The notes beneath the pieces are model-generated. The model saw only the letters and a list, made by a program, of their open reading frames with translations. It did not search any database and was not told the origin of the DNA. Shown here one piece after another: positions 20,621-22,359 of a DNA stretch of 22,359 bases; the first letter of the stretch is position 1; each line of letters begins with the position of its first letter. Location: contig JAAOMT010000332.1 of the NCBI GenBank assembly GCA_016748015.1, forward strand, positions 1 to 22,359, read 5' to 3'. Source of the stretch: Geosiphon pyriformis uo1. Lineage: Eukaryota > Fungi > Glomeromycota. The position numbers and the translations under genes are program-made.

Positions 20621-21277
20621 ATAAACAATTATTTTCTGGATCAAAACATTCAAAACACTTTCTATACTCTTTATGAGTATTGAATCAAAAACTATCCAAA
20701 TGCTACTCTGACCATTGGAAAACAAACCACCATAACTAATAACAGTAGAACACATACTGTTATTAGACCAAAGAAAATCACTACCAGAAGAGAAAGAATT
20801 GGTAGTAAAATGAATAAATATCTGTTAAAAAGTATAACAGCAGCTATACTCCTACCTTCCAACACAATTGAAAAAACACTACAAGAAATCTTATCTATAG
20901 ACAAAAACTTGTCATATGAAAGGCAATTAGAACTTTATGGTCATCTTGGTAAAATTATAAAGGATATGAAACTCATAAAGAAAACAACTTCAGAGATACA
21001 GGCAGAAATTTTGGGCATTATACGATTATATATTCCAAGAGTTTTAACTATTGCTAGAAAAGCCAAAACTCTAATACAAAGATTTGGTCTCTTGAATACA
21101 AAACTCATTTTGTCTCAAGTATTATATACCTTATCCACAAAAGACTTCAACAAATTAGTTAGCTTTGAGTTAGATAAAACCCTTCTAATAGATTACACTA
21201 TAAATAGCTTGATTTTGCCAGAGCTTAATCTTTTTGGAGAAGATGATATTACAGTTAAAACTTATACTTTTTATTAA
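20621..21277 (+). pseudogene. Extra ORF of element B at the env position, unknown function
   Basis: Frame 2 with one internal stop (20681). The 155-aa ORF 20810-21277 is its 3' part and runs through the PPT into the LTR. Confidence 0.7.
21236..21246 (+). other. Polypurine tract of element B
   Basis: GGAGAAGATGA abutting the LTR start. The context GAGCTyArTCTT..GGAGAAGAT is shared with element A. Confidence 0.7.
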
Positions 21278-21974
21278 TTATCACATGTATTAGCCACTCT
21301 ATTTTTAGTAAGTGATCATTGACCTGATCAATAATCTGATCATTGATCTGATCATTGACCTAATTATTGACCTGATTAATGACCTAATTATTGACTTAAT
21401 TATTGACCTGATTATTAACCTAGTCATTGACCTAATCATTGACTACTTTTGACAGCTATATAAGCAATGAATTTCTTAGCTATAGAAAAGCATGAAAGAA
21501 TTAAAGAAATAAAAGAAATAAAATAACAACTTCATCTCAATCTTTCTCTTATCACTAATTTCTCTTTTTCTACTTTCAAGTATCTGAACATCTTAAAGAT
21601 AAAAGATTATTTGTTGGTTATTCTTTACCTTTTTCCTGAAATGTGTAATTGCAGCATTTGAAGATTATTAAATAAAACATGACTGAAGAGCACATTTGAT
21701 ACTTGATATTGAATTTTAAGAGTGCTGATGTGAGGCATAGAATTATACCAAGTGTAATCATTTGTTGACAGTACAGACTATCCCTCTACCTTCAGATTCC
21801 TTAGTTACCTTTGAAAAGTATAGTGACTAAGATATTTCATAAGACTAATCTTGTACATTGAATCCATACTCATTTAATTCACTCTTTAAAGTTGAATTCT
21901 CTTTGATTATTTCTATTACTCTACAATTCTGTTCTCCTTTACTATCCATTAGCTTGTTACTCTAACCTGTAACA
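21247..21974 (+). repeat. 3' LTR of element B (728 bp)
   Basis: Ends TATTACAG (decayed TGTTACAG)...CTGTAACA. The last 502 bp match the 5' LTR. Confidence 0.93.
21313..21444 (+). repeat. 11 x 12-bp tandem array (consensus TGATCATTGACC) in U3 of LTR B
   Basis: Exact 12-bp period, ending 12 bp upstream of TATATAA (21457-21463). Confidence 0.9.
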
Positions 21975-22179
21975 ATATTATTGTTTTTCAATATAATTAA
22001 AAAAATAATTAAAAAATTTATATAAAAAACAAATAAGCTTTAAATTAACTTAATAAAATTATAAAAAACATAAAACTCTTAAAAAAACAACTATAAAAAT
22101 ACAAATAAAAATTTTGAATATTATATAATTAAATATTTTTAAAGTTTTAATTATTATTAATATTATATGTATTAATTAT

Positions 22180-22359
22180 TTATTATTATATAATTAACCA
22201 TTTTATTTTCAGATAATAATTGTTAATTTGATTAATAATTTGATTATTAATCTAATTATTAACTTAATTATTAATTTAATTGTTAATCTAATTATTAATA
22301 GTTACATATAAAAAAACATAAAATCTAAAAATTAAATACAATAAAAATATATCCAATAT
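22180..22359 (+). mobile_element. Older, very AT-rich relic of a B-related LTR U3
   Basis: Seven 12-bp units at 22217-22300 (TAATTGTTAATT, TGATTAATAATT...) with a preceding flank similar to 21275-21312. Confidence 0.65.

Larger units (their letters stand above)
14514..21974 (+). mobile_element. Ty3/gypsy LTR retrotransposon B, near full length and decayed
   Basis: Paired LTRs, PBS, gag, PR-RT-RH, IN, extra ORF and PPT. Its LTR is unrelated to that of element A apart from the TGTTAC/GTAACA ends. Confidence 0.96.

Noticed and set aside
21313-21444. CRISPR-like array
   Set aside because: These are contiguous 12-bp units without unique spacers, inside a eukaryotic LTR.

Overview
This is the left end of a eukaryotic chromosome, most likely fungal. 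The AT richness, TTAGGG telomere and retroelement protein style recall Glomeromycotina such as Geosiphon, which is recollection rather than a search result. No intact host gene is present. From the end inwards: (CCCTAA)n telomere (to 344); a hexamer-register variant array of CCCTAT/AAATAT units (345-848) fused directly into the middle of a gag gene; Ty3/gypsy LTR element A (849-8730; gag, PR, Cys-rich domain, dUTPase, RT, RNase H, separate integrase ORF, extra ORF, 3' LTR); the surviving 5' half of a minus-strand LINE into whose endonuclease element A inserted (8731-~11200); a heavily AT-mutated relic of A's 3' end among assembly gaps (12417-14193); near-complete Ty3/gypsy element B (14514-21974; -1 frameshift gag/pol junction, separate integrase, homologous extra ORF, paired LTRs); and an older LTR relic. 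All coding regions are decayed, mostly by C>T/G>A transitions. The main points of interest are the shared architecture of the two gypsy families (stand-alone integrase plus a conserved non-env ORF), the dUTPase, the near-pure-transition LTR divergence and the apparently telomere-healed break inside gag.
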